A stretch of 62,279 bases of DNA, the filler included, from Dugesia japonica (taxonomy: Eukaryota), in NCBI GenBank assembly GCA_001938525.1. It is 5 parts of 5 records of this genome, joined end to end, with 100 filler letters (N's around TTAATTAATTAA, not from the genome) between each part and the next. Parts side by side here need not be neighbours in the genome. Positions count along the whole stretch, not along the records: positions 40,308 to 52,571 come from MQRL01573640.1; positions 52,672 to 62,279 come from MQRL01356175.1; 3 more parts are not named here. One strand, written 5' to 3'. This document shows, piece after piece, positions 41,193-53,559 of the stretch; within the stretch, counting starts at the first letter, position 1; each line of letters begins with the position of its first letter. The notes under the pieces were generated by a model. That model searched no databases. It worked only from the letters and a program-made list of their open reading frames with translations, and was not told where the DNA came from. The position numbers and the translations under genes are program-made.

Positions 41193-42169
41193 TTGTTAGA
41201 TTTGGAAATCGAATTAAGCATAAAATATATATTAAATTTGCATTATTTAAATCCTTATTTAAAACTAAAACCTCATTAGAAATTAAAATATTATCTATTT
41301 ATAGTTTTGTTAAATAAATCATCAATCGACAAATATTTACATTCATTCAAGCAAACTAAATCATTCAATTTTTTATAAATTTTATTATTTACATTAAATT
41401 AATAAATTAATATGATGCGGTTTTCTGTAATTTATATTCCTTTAATTGAATTTAAGTCGAGTGTCCGTAATTTCAATAAATTTAGTTTCACATGCAGAAT
41501 TATTCAATGAATGGGAAAGTGTCTATATTTTGCATGGGATGGGGCAGTCTAAATACATATACTTAGGGTAGTTTAAATAAATATGCTCAAAGATAATTAA
41601 TTTAAGGTATTTAAAGAATAAGAAATTAATTAGTTTTTATAAGTTAATTAGTTTAAATAAATTATTAATTACTTTCATGCATAGTTTCAGTAACAGTCTT
41701 ATTTTCATTCCATACAATTACATTTACTCCTCCGCCCTGCAACAGTCCAACAGAACGCATCTATTAAGTTCAGGTAGCACACCAACGACTCTGTTCTAAA
41801 TGGAACTTATCAGCAAACTTGCGTAGTTTTAACTTGGCTAAGCTCGATTTACAGTATGTGCATCTCTGGTAGCAGTGCTTCTGACACTTGTAGAATTGAA
41901 GGTATAGATTTAATGAATATATCGGATGCATTGAATGTACAGGTTTATTGATTGTATTGGGTTAATGAATGCATCGGATTTTATAACTTTCATTGGTCTA
42001 GATATAAAATATACAAGTTTTGATACATTTTCCTTTGTAATATTGAATAATTTCTGAAAGATTTGACTTGTATAAACGTATAAATAATTTTCGAAATTTG
42101 AAAAGATTACTTTGTTTGCAAACAATAAATTTAAACAAAATATAAGTAATAGAATTGTGGTATGATTTA

Positions 42170-42830
42170 TTAAAGTTTGTATACCATTTCTTCTTTCAGG
42201 TAGCTCGCAAATTTTGGTATAGAAAAAGGATAAAGTTTTCGAATCTATGAAATTGAAGATTGATTATTGGGCATTATCAACCATTCTAAACTGCGAATTA
42301 GATATGTAATGCTGAATAAACCTGAATAAATAATGATTTGATGGTGCCTTATCAAGGGAGTAGGCCGCATGATGAAGAACTTCCCAACTCAAAGAGGAAT
42401 GATAGTGCACAATGATCTTTGATGTATGTGGTCAAGCATTGTCATGCAGAAGTATAACATGCCTTTTTCCAAGGTCAATAAATGGTCTATTTACTTCAAG
42501 CGCTTCTTTCAGGTGACTCAATTAGCTTATGGACTTTTCAGATGTGAGAGTTTCACTTGGTTTTAGAAACGCATAGTAAAGCACTCCTAAGTAGTCTCAC
42601 CAAATGCACAGGAAACTTTGACTACTTCGCTTCACAATAGCCGAAGATGGTCCAACTGAAAGAATCCTACATTTATTTGGTTTTCGGTTATCATAATATA
42701 TCTATTTTTATTCCCGTAACAATCTTGGGAAAAACTCCTCCTCAAATCTGGTTAGGAGAGATACTGCAGTTTTGTATAGCCTTTTTTTGTATTCTAGAGT
42801 AAGATTATAAGACACCAGTAGGTAGATAGG
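42170..42830 (-). mobile_element. Mariner transposase pseudogene
   Basis: VILLHDNA*PH..SWEVLHHAAYSLDKAPSNHYLFRFIQH. Confidence 0.88.
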
Positions 42831-43132
42831 TATATACTGGCTCAGATGATCAACAGCTCACGTCACACATCATTAATTTTAATTAACTGCGAAAATTAAT
42901 TGACAATGAATTAATGAAGCGCGAACGCCACTTACGAAAATTAATTATTGAGATAAGTAATATATGAACCCTGGTAATCACTTCCAGAAACTATTATCAA
43001 AAATTAGATTAATGAAGCGTGAGCATCACTTTGTTATTACACAAAAATTTATTTTTCTTATATAATTTAATTGAGTTTACAAGATATAGATAATAAATTT
43101 TATTAATCAAAATGTCAGACTATTGATACATA

Positions 43133-44725
43133 TGTTGGGCTGAAACACCTGGTACGAAAAATAAAATGGTGGTAGGTAAAGCCAAAAGTGAAGAGATATT
43201 CACCAAATGGGGAAACAAGGAATCCGGACAAACAAAAGTCACAATTCATGGAAGGAAAGAAATAATTAAAAGAAAAACTAACAACAAGAAACAACTCAGA
43301 AATAAGAAAGCCAAAAGGAATAAAATAAGTAATAGAAGCTATCAGTCAGATAAAGAAAATAATGAATAACAATTAGATCATTAGGCAAAACTAAGAAAAC
43401 CGTTCTTAACAAAAAATGGGAGAAAGAGAAAATAAATTAAAGGAATTAATTAAATTAATTAATGAAAGAAAAACGAAGAAATTAAATTAAGTTTAGATCA
43501 GAAAAACAAAGAAATGAACAAATAATTAAATTTTACGAAGAAAATAAAATTATTTATTTATTTAAATACAATAAATCATATGAATTAAAATGAGTTATTT
43601 TGAAGCAGAAAATAAGTTATTTGTCAAAAATAAGAAAAATGAAAGTTTCCGCTTGAGTTAAAATTGGCAGTTAAGAAAATTACGAACAAGAAAAAATCGG
43701 GAAAATCGTAACCAGATCCAGAAAGAAGTTAAGAAGGATGACCAAAAAAACTCCAGTAATTTTGGAATTACAAAATTCTACCCAATAAAAAGAACTCATG
43801 TGACGATCAATCCAATAAGAACGTCAGAAAAATCAAATGACTCCCAGTGACCAATAGAAAAAACGAGGGTGTATCTGAAAACCGGTATAAATACCGATGT
43901 AACGTTCTTTAAAAACCACTGGAAAAAAAACAAGCTTAATCAATCAAAACATTTTCGTACTCGTCAACAAATTTAATACTGGATCGCAATTTATCGTAAA
44001 AGATAATAATTGGTTTTTAAAAAATATATGTTATGCAACGGTTTCCGACCCCAAACCTTATGAAAAATGCACAAAGGTTAAGAAACCAATTCTATTGGAT
44101 TTCCAGGAAGATTTTCCGTGGCTCTGTGAACTTGTTCCGGAACGATTTGCGGCCCATGTAAGTACTGAGTACTATGCTGTATCCTATCTTAGCAATATAT
44201 ATTTTTATTAACCAAAATTTTGGTATTATTACTCAGTTGTCTAATTTTCAAAATTTTAGGAAGTATTTATTTTGTATTTAATTTATCAAAAGTAATAAAT
44301 GGCAATATGCCATTAATAAGATTTTCCNAACCCGCTAACTATTTAATAATTCCTTTTGTACTATCAACAAACCCGTAAAAGTTGTAATTAAGTAAGATTA
44401 AACCAGATCATAAAATAAATGCCGCATCAAATGGAATTATAATGAATTAAGGTGTCATAAGAAAATGACCAGTTAGAATTATGAATATAATGAAGATCAA
44501 GCAAGTATTATGAAATATGAACCCAAATCAAAGCAATGCGCGTCAGTACTCGGATTCCGAGTCAACGGCTCCATTCCAAAAATCTAGGTTTTGGGAACAC
44601 TAGATCAAATTCTTCGAGGGGTCTTATTAGGCCAACTACGCTAGACTTGTCTAATCACCTAGATAAAACCCCAACACGTATAAGAACCAAAAGCTTCACT
44701 TTTGGAAATTGTTATCAAACATAAA
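43133..44725 (+). repeat. Long solo-LTR-like repeat
   Basis: TGT start, A-rich U3-like part, gtataaatac TATA near 43885, possible AACA end near 44722; the 3' part resembles 15060-15340. Confidence 0.45.
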
Positions 44726-45249
44726 ATTAATGAAACATTATTTGACTTGGCAATTATGAGCCTCATTATAATTATTTTGTTAATTAATACTATTTTTCGA
44801 TTAGTCACAATTTTTACAGTATAATCAGGGTTTTATTTTTATTTAATGAAATGATTAAAAAAGCTATAAAAATCTTTATTTATACTTTAAATAATTATTT
44901 GTTATTAACATTATCATTTATATTCAATTTATTATTATTTTTAATTATTAAAAAAATAAAGACTATCATGTTAAAAATAATATTTGAATTTTAACATTAA
45001 TTTATTATAATTATTATTTGTACTTTTAATTATTATAAAATTCTAAGGATAAAATATATATGAATTTCAACCTAAAATATCATTAAACTTATATATGTAA
45101 TCAATAAAAAATAAATTGAAAATTTTTTTATAAACACATCACAATATCGTTGTTTATTGTTCACATCATATTATTTATCTTTGTCTCCATCTTCTGCATT
45201 TGGTAGTCTATCATAACCATTATATTATTTTTTTTACTTTGTTGAAAAT

Positions 45250-48232
45250 TTATTTATTTATTTTATAATGGCCATAGGCCAAACTTGTATTTTTATCATT
45301 CCAAAAACGCTTAGCATCTAAACATGATAATGCGCGTTTCCTAGTTACAATTGAGTATATCTGATGATTAATTGATCTGAAACTAGATTGATCAACAGTT
45401 GTTAATTCATCTGAAATTCCATTGTACACATTGACATAATTTTGATGCTGATTTTCTGTTTGCTTTAGACTGACTCCCTTTGCTTTCATCGCTGTTGTTG
45501 AATCTTTCTTCATTAGGCTATAGCATTTTGGTCTTAAAAATAGCCATTCTGCATATTCTTCTTCCTGGCCTTCATCTTTAAATAGCCCAATTTTAGCCCA
45601 AATAGCCCAGTTAGCTACTTTTCCAGAATAAAGTGGATAATCTTTCGGATAAATACTTGTATACAGAAAACCATCAGATTTTATTTGAGATAACAATTGG
45701 AATTTGTCCACGCCAGTACATGTGAGAAAGAAACTATCTGTTTCACAGGCAATAATATCAATCTTGCATCCAAAACGTTGACAATATTTTTCAAGTTCTT
45801 CATATTGCAATTGGTACATTCTCAACTTGCTTAGATTCAAGACTACTTGTCCGGCATAGCTTGGTCGATTTAAATAGATACTGTTTTTATTCAATAATAC
45901 AGCTTTTAAACCATCTGCAATATCCATCGTAACTTTGCTGTTATTAGTTACAATTTTTTTCTCATAATTGCAAAGCCGGAGATTCATTCTTTTTTTCAAA
46001 TTTTCTACAGTCTTTCCATATAGAGCATTGTTTAAAAGCTTGAAAAATCCTTTTCAAATTTTGCTTTTTGAAGCACCTCTTTTAGCTGAATTTGCATTTA
46101 TGTAATTTGCAAATATCTTCGTTTCCTTAAACTCTACTATTTTATGCACAATAGTAACACGAGCCCCTAATTTTATAAATAGTTTCAATAAACGTCAATG
46201 TATAACGTAATGTTGTTTTTTGCTCATGGGTCAGCAACAGTTTCTTCACTTTCGATCCCGGAGGACATTTTTCTGTTCTGGAGACAATGTTAACTGATCA
46301 AACCTATCATGAGTTTCAATAGGTATTTCCAAATCAATTTACAATAAATATCCGATATCTGAATTTACATCATTGCAAAGCATTTCTTGATATTTTTCTT
46401 CCACTTGATCTTCTTCTAAAAATTTGAAATCCTTATATGGCAAAAGCTCTGTAAATGCCCAACCATATAAATTATAGAGCAGTGAAGTATTCTCATCTGC
46501 TTGAACATGATAATGATTCACAATACGAATACCCAATTCAAATAATCAATGCATTTCTGAATTCTAAAGCAATTCCATTGGTCGATCCATTGTTTTGAGA
46601 GCACTTGATCAACTCAGTTCAGATAATGAGACAAATCGAAGCTCCTTTAATCCATGCTTGTCAAGTGATTTTTTGCAAAATGATTGAAATACATAAGCGA
46701 GTAAATAAATATCCAATTTCATATAATAAAGCATATATTCAAATAGATTCTTACAACCAGATTCAATCCATGCCACTCTCGCCATTTCATATTCTTGTTC
46801 AGTTATTTCAGGCCACTGTGGTAGAAATGTTGTTTGATTTATATACATTTCATATGATGTTGCGAATTTGTATGAGATGATATCTTTTGACAAATTTTTC
46901 GAAGGTAACTTGATGTTATTGGCCAGCTATCTAGATTTGCAGATAAATATGATAAAGATCCGCTCAGGAACTGATATGAGTCAATGAATAGATCTGTGAC
47001 ATCATCAACACGTGCAAACATGGCCAAAAATTTCTCTGTAGTTTGAGCGATTGGTTTGATGTCCCCATTTTTGAAGTGATTGAGCGCTTATTTGACTATA
47101 TGATGCGAATCATAACCTTTAAAGTTATGAAACAAAATAGGTAACTCTCTTTTGATTTAATGCAATAAGTTACATTGACTACATGCCGCTCCAAGATATT
47201 TTCAAGAATAATGACCATGATCACGAACTAACTTTGATTTCTTGTTTCCACAAAAAAACAATTTGTACTCTTTTTGAACGCTTCCTGTTTCAATGTTGTC
47301 AATTTCATATCTGTATGCATATTTGTACTGTACCATGGCACCACTGAATCTTTCAACAACTGATCAACACACTGCTAAAGTTCAACCATACAATTTTCAC
47401 CAGAATATGAATAGTATTTACATTTCATTGTTTTATCCAATAGTAGAATCAGCAAAAGTCCTACAGCCATAGGTACATGTTTCACCATTCCGCAATCCTC
47501 TGGTACTAAGATAGCTTCAATATCTGCATAAATCACAAAAGCTGGAGTAATGGTTTTTCCATAATCTTTGAACCTTAATTCCTTTTCCTCGGCCATTGTA
47601 TACAAGAATGCCTTTTCTGTTATTTGAGTGCACAAAGCTACATGACGATCGAATGTAGATTGTGTTTTGAATCCATATAGACATTTTGAGTACCACTTTT
47701 TATAATTTGAATTTTATAAGTCCGATTATGTAAATTTAACAATCTATCTAAATTTACTACGCCCGTGTAGTGAAATGCTCTATCATTTTTTAAAACTAGT
47801 AAATTCACTATGCGTCCATTAGGGTTTTTTGTACAAAAAACTATATCCACATGTGGATTTTTATATTAAATTTCATCATCCACGTCAATCAAATCATTGT
47901 ATTTGAATACTGTGATTGATAGATTATTTTTTCTTTCAAATTCTGGAATGTCGATGAGTTTCATCGGCATTTTCTGCTCATCATACATTAACCAATTTAA
48001 ATATGGTTCATATTTTTGTGGTCGATCTCGATTATCCTTGACTATATCATATTTTAGAATGGCAAGCACACTATATATAAAACAGAAGTTACCTTAATCA
48101 TGCACATTGACTGTGGCCTTTGATCTATTCAGTGCCATAGGACTCTTGATGAATGATCTGCGAGATAAATAGATTACTGGTGAAAATTTAACCAAAATAA
48201 ACCTGAGCTCTAATATTCTTTTAATCTTCCAT
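45250..48232 (-). pseudogene. Polinton/Maverick protein-primed DNA polymerase B, copy 2 (nearly full length)
   Basis: NFCFIYSVLAIL..FERKNNLSITVF, FVIYADIEAIL (ExoI), DHGHYS..LGAAC..C, LFHNFKGYDSH (ExoII), FIDSYQFLSGSL, YMKLDIYLLA (ExoIII), KLLNNALYGKTVEN, ETDSFF, LRPKCYS, KAKGV, LDAKRFW..LAYGH. Confidence 0.96.
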
Positions 48233-48378
48233 CTACTATATATATATATATATATTATATGATTATGAAAGTTATTACATTTAACCGCTAATATTTTTCA
48301 GTTGAGTTTAATTAAACTAGTTACTTGTAATGATGCAAGTTTTGTTTTATTTTTCAATAAATTTTTATTTTTATTTAG

Positions 48379-48652
48379 ATTGAACATTTGCAAATTCTTT
48401 ATGGAAAATAATTGCCCAAATATTAATTTTTGCAAATTAACTCATTCTCCTAATACAGTCAAAGTGGAAAATGGCACTGTTTCAGTATGCCATGATTATA
48501 TAAAAGTATATTTAGTCTTTTATCATAAATTTCATGATTTTTATATTAAGAAAAAGGATTGTAAATATGTAAATTGCAAATATTATCATCCACACGATGT
48601 CCTAATTTATGATATTTTGGGAAGAAGAGATGCTGATTTAAAAATTAACAAG
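48379..48652 (+). CDS. Muscleblind-like tandem CCCH zinc finger exons (48379-48505, 48551-48652)
   Basis: LNICKFFMENNCPNINFCKLTHSPNTVKVENGTVSVCHDYIK|KKDCKYVNCKYYHP; the VENG linker and spacing match MBNL ZnF1-2; 45-nt GT-AG intron. Confidence 0.75.
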
Positions 48653-49024
48653 GTAGTTAATTTTATTGATTTGAGTTTATTTTAGTATAAAATTTATTTT
48701 TACATTAAAATATATAAAGATTTACTTATAATATTTTAGAATCTTTTAATTATTTAATTATTGATTTAATAATTTGCAANNNNNNNNAAATAATCTCTAA
48801 ATATATTACAATTAATTTGTAATTAAAATGTCTTTTTATTTATTATAAATGAGATAGATAATTAGAATAATTCATAAATAATTATTTATAAGATTGTAAA
48901 ATCAGTAAGTAATCTTTAAATATATTGCAATAGATTGAACATATTTTAATTGTTTTTTAATAATGAAAAATCCATCAAACTAATAAAAAAATATGATATT
49001 TTGGTCATGATTAATTTCATTGAT

Positions 49025-49434
49025 TTAATCAATTTCCAATATATATTGTCTGATTTCATTTATGATCTCATGATAATCAAGTGATTTTAGTCCAATAATT
49101 ACAACTTTCCCACTAGCAAAAACATTAACACATAACGATTTATATTTATTGATACTTAATGCAGGAAATAATTCAGGTTCAAACCAACAATCATCATAAC
49201 CATTTAATCTATATAAATTCACTGGTTTTCCGAGATTCCATGTCACTGTAATTGATTGAATACAGTCTATTTAAAATTTGAGATTTTTGTAAGTAATTTC
49301 TTTATTCATAATCGGTTTCTTACAACCCACGATTTGACATTTACCAGATAATAAGATTTTTTCCAAGTATTAAATCGTAGAAGCTGAGATTTATAATTAA
49401 CCACACGAGCCCTGTAATAAATATTTGGTGGCAT
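49025..49434 (-). pseudogene. Compact intronless TATA-binding-protein-like gene within the Polinton
   Basis: Repeat 2: WFEPELFPALSI..VNVFASGKVVIIGLK (TBP YEPELFPGL..IFVSGKVVLTGAK). Repeat 1: LSGKCQIVGCKK. One frameshift and one stop; ATG at 49434. Confidence 0.8.
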
Positions 49435-49466
49435 TGTTTGAATGTTTTTAGAACAACAGCTATTGG

Positions 49467-49503
49467 CTTTTATACTCTCACATGCTTCATATAAACAAAA
49501 TCA
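49467..49503. promoter_or_regulatory. Back-to-back TATA elements between the TBP-like and ATPase genes
   Basis: TATAAAAG on the minus strand (49467-49474) 33 nt before the TBP-like ATG; TATAAACAAAATCA on the plus strand (49490-49503), repeated at 50125-50138. Confidence 0.5.
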
Positions 49504-49519
49504 TATATTGCTATTTACA

Positions 49520-50130
49520 TTAAAAAGATTTACTTCAAAACAATGCGGTTTTTCAAATATTTGGTCCAAGCGGAAGTGGAAAAACGTATTTTGTTTGTAA
49601 ATTACTGCAAAGCAAATTGTTTCAGACAAAGTTCAAACATATCTATTGGCATCAAAGTGGTGATGGTGAATCGGGATTGACTGGTGGAGAATTTTGTAAA
49701 TTGAAAAACATGATAGTAATCAATAGATTTGATGATGATTGGAACAAACGATTAAAGGTAGGTGATGTTATTGTAATCGACAACTTGTGACAAGAGGCAA
49801 ATAAACAAGTCGATTTTAATAATCTCTTTACAAAATCTGCTCCTCGTGGTAATGTAACTGCAATCTTCATCATCCAAAATCTTTTTCATCAAGGCGGGAT
49901 GCATCGTACTCGTACTCTTAATTTATTTTATTTGATTTATTCAAGAATCCTCGAGATCAAACCGTAGTTGATTATGTTTCTCGTCAAGCATTTCCTCATA
50001 ATAAAAGATTTTTATCCGATGCATTTAACGATGTTACCACAAAAGCATTGTAATTGTCCCGATGATGAACAAGTGATAACAGATATATTCAATATTCAAG
50101 GAAAACCCGTTTACAAGCCCGTGGTATAAA
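49520..50130 (+). pseudogene. Polinton A32/FtsK-like genome packaging ATPase
   Basis: FQIFGPSGSGKTYFV (Walker A, 49563-49586), VIVIDNL (Walker B), LFTKSAPRGNVTAIFIIQNLF, LFKNPRD, FLSDAFND. Confidence 0.92.
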
Positions 50131-50226
50131 CAAAATCAGTAAATATTAAAAATAATAAATGTATCAATATAAAAAATGGTTGTCATCAAACAAAAGGGTG
50201 GTGGTAAATCAGTTCATTGTTTGAGA

Positions 50227-50470
50227 TGATTTTCACGAAGCATATCATACTTTAAAGTGATTTTAAAAGCTCCATCAAGTTCTCGATTGCAAATGATGCA
50301 TTCGATGCCAGAAGTTGTATTTAATGATTTCATTAGTGTTGTGTAGATGTAGATGGTAGTAAAAATTATCGATTGAAAAAGTACCAAGAAGCTATTGTGG
50401 ATATGGCTAAAGCAAGCAATTTAGCAGCAAAGAAACGAATACTGGAAAAACATTTTTCAATACAAAATGA
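50227..50470 (+). pseudogene. Small basic Polinton protein downstream of the ATPase
   Basis: YFKVILKAPSSSRLQMM..RLKKYQEAIVDMAKASNLAAKKRILEK; position and pattern resemble the small post-ATPase Polinton gene. Confidence 0.45.
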
Positions 50471-50999
50471 AAAGTAGAAAAAAGGAAATAATCAAGTATA
50501 TTACGGTTCACCACAGCATGGAAATAGATTTGTTTAATTGCATTAAAATTTATCGAATATAATAGGTTTATTAGATTTATAGTGCTTATTAGAGTTCAGC
50601 AGTTGTAGTTACACAGTATACCATTGGTCATAGGATATCAGTAGCGTAGCCATGAATATATGAAGGAGGGTATGGATAAGTAAAATCAAAAGTTTACCAT
50701 ATGGACATTATAACAGTTTATTCCTAGATTATCATGATTCGAATAAAGAATAGTTACAAGTAATGATTTTATTTCGTTATTTCATAATAGTATAATTGCA
50801 ACATTTAGCAATTTCAATCAANATAGTAATCAATCGAGTTATTTATAAAATTGTTATTTATAAAAAATATCTTTGTATTGTTATTTTGTTATATACTTTG
50901 ATTTTTATAATAATATTGATATTGTTCAGTGAGTAATCCATAAAAAGTATTGTTTTTCAATTTATTTCATATATTTATGATTTGTAACTGTAATTTTAT

Positions 51000-52200
51000 T
51001 ACTTAACGTCAAATTCTCTATTAAATAGATACTTTGATGTTCAAATTCGAATTACTCTTTTTAAAGTTCATAATTTCCTCGGGCGATACTCTCAAAGAAG
51101 TCTTGTTTTTCTATATAACCTTTTATCTTGAAAGTTTGACTATTTTAAATAATGTTATTCTAAGTCACCGTAAAATTCTCTATTGAATAGACACCTCATT
51201 GACCAATTTCGAGATACCTTTTAATTTTTTCGAAAATGTTATCAAATCCGGAAGGACAGTTGAATATCTTCGTTAGGAAGCATTTTTCCAGAGACGATAT
51301 TTTAACTATGTATAGTCACGTTTTCCTCATAAGCAAAAGAAAATAGCAAATTTGAGTCGATAGCAGTTCTCTGTGCACAGAGGTCTGAGCGCTAAACTCT
51401 GAATTTTGAGAATTTTCAAGACAAAACACTATTTATTTCATCGCGGATAAACTTTGGAGATTTTAACTAAAACTATAATGATCAGCAAAGATTACACTAT
51501 TTAATAGACATGTTGATTACAAGTTTTGAAAAGACAAAAGTTTTTCAAAAAATCTTTATTTGTGAAAAATAATCTCCGTCAAATTTTCCATCGATTGATG
51601 TAAAAATGTCAAAAAAAAATTTCAAAAATATTCGAAAATTTTAAATGTTATCCCGGATTCCCAAAATTTTAATTATTTGAATTATTTAAACAAATTCGTT
51701 TATTTCCCACAAATTTCTGTAAAAACTTCAACCCAANNNNNNNNNNNNNNNNNNNNNNNNNNNNNNNNNNNNNNNNNNNNNNNNNNTTTGAGTCGATAGC
51801 AGTTCTCTGTGCACAGAGGTCTGAGCGCTAAACTCTGAATTTTGAGAATTTTCAAGACAACACACTATTTATTTCATCGCGGATAAACTTTGGAGATTTT
51901 TAACTACAACTATAATGATCAGCAAAGATTTCTCTATCTAATAGACATGTTGATTACAAGTTTTGAAAAGACAAAAGTTTTTCGAAAAATCTTTATTTGT
52001 GAAAAATAATCTCCGTCAAATTTTCCATCGATTGATGTAAAAATGTCAAAAAAAANNNNNNNNNNNNNNNNNNNNNNNNNNNNNNNNNNNNNNNNNNNNN
52101 NNNNNNNNNNNNNNNNNNNNNNNNNTAAACAAATTCGTTTATTTCCCACAAATTTCTGTAAAAACTTCAACCCAAACAGACCAACCTTAGAAAATAATTG
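51000..52200 (-). repeat. Dispersed repeat, tandemly duplicated across a gap
   Basis: 51351-51736 is nearly identical to 51788-52175; inverse of 26.9-27.8 kb. Confidence 0.8.
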
Positions 52201-52890
52201 TCTAAAATGATCCAACAAATAAACTTTCTCGAAGAATTTCATTATCAAATCATTCAAAAATTTGAAAATTTAAATAATTCTGCAACAGGAAGTCAATAAG
52301 CAATGTGATCTCTATTATAAAATCGTAATGAATTATAACTTGTGTTGATATTACTAATATAAGATAATAACTCTAAATTATTTTCAGTGTTAAATACAAA
52401 GAAACCAACCGACACCTCAATGGCAAACATCATGGAAAAATGGTGCTCGATGCAAAAGAAATTAAAGAGTGAAATCATGGAATTATAGCATTAAAATACA
52501 CAGCTCCGTGACAAAGTAAATAAACTGAAAGAACGAGATCTTGCATTGTCACAAACTTACCGCGCCATGGTNNNNNNNNNNNNNNNNNNNNNNNNNNNNN
52601 NNNNNNNNNNNNNNNTTAATTAATTAANNNNNNNNNNNNNNNNNNNNNNNNNNNNNNNNNNNNNNNNNNNNTTTCGAAAATAATGATTGATTACTACAAA
52701 TTAAACTTTATAAATGTTGGAGCATGCATGTGTATTCTTTGTTTATATGATTGGTTGTTTTTTTATGCGATACTGGTTGTTCTTTGTTTGAATACATTTA
52801 TGATTGGTTATTTTTACTTATCTTATTTTATTGGTTAATTAAATAATATAAATTGTAAATATTGTAATAATTTCATTTTTTTTCAAAGAA

Positions 52891-53410
52891 ATGTGTGAAG
52901 AAAAACTAATTGATTTTGAAGATAATCAACAAGAAGTTTCACAAGATGAAATGGAACAACAATTTTCTGAGGCTAAATGTAATTTCTTTATTTAAATAAC
53001 TTATAATATTGAATTAAGATAATAGTCAAGCAGATGTGAAAACTGATATAGATATGGAAAATGAGGTAGAAGAAAAATTATCAAATACAAAAGAAATTGA
53101 TTTATTGGAAAATTCAGCAAATGTTTTTGATGATGTTAATATTATTCTTATTATTTTCTTATTAATATTATTTTAAAACTGTTTATTGATATACTTGACA
53201 TGCTTTATCGAACAATCAAAGATGACATCAAATACTGTGCACCCGAATTGGTTGGGATAAAAATAAAGGAATAAATGGAGTGGATATCAATGATGTCATG
53301 AACATTTTTTACAAATATCATGACAATGAATACAATGATTGCAAAGAAACAAAAACTATTTTAAAAAGAAAATTTATTGATATAATGTATGGTATTAGTG
53401 ATAAATAATA
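52891..53410 (+). pseudogene. Spliced acidic Polinton-associated gene, apparent homolog of the 32.5 kb gene
   Basis: MCEEKLIDFEDNQQEVSQDEMEQ..; last exon DILDMLYRTIKDDIKYCAPE..VDINDVMNIFY..C..ILKRKF; three to four ATTGGTT boxes and a TATA upstream. Confidence 0.5.
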
Positions 53411-53559
53411 GACAGTGATTGTATTTTAATTGAATCTGATGTTGTATTGAGGTTAAATAAAAATTTTAATCTTGACTTGGTTTTTTAATATTTGTTTTAA
53501 ATAATGTGTTATAAAAAATTTTTTAAAAACAAAATTTAAAAAAATTTTTAAAAAAACAA

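Noticed and set aside
40978-41221. Poly-I/N/Y/L ORFs and other N-spanning or antisense ORFs in the track (for example 5317, 15755, 24174, 26147, 30407, 36338)
   Set aside because: Microsatellite, gap or shadow-frame artefacts.
39660-41900. GC-richer exon-like patches (39.7, 39.9, 41.75 kb)
   Set aside because: They contain stops and no recognisable domain, so no product can be supported.
51351-52175. Biological tandem duplication
   Set aside because: Near-identical copies abut an N gap, so this is probably an unmerged overlap or haplotype; the same applies at 31511-31665.
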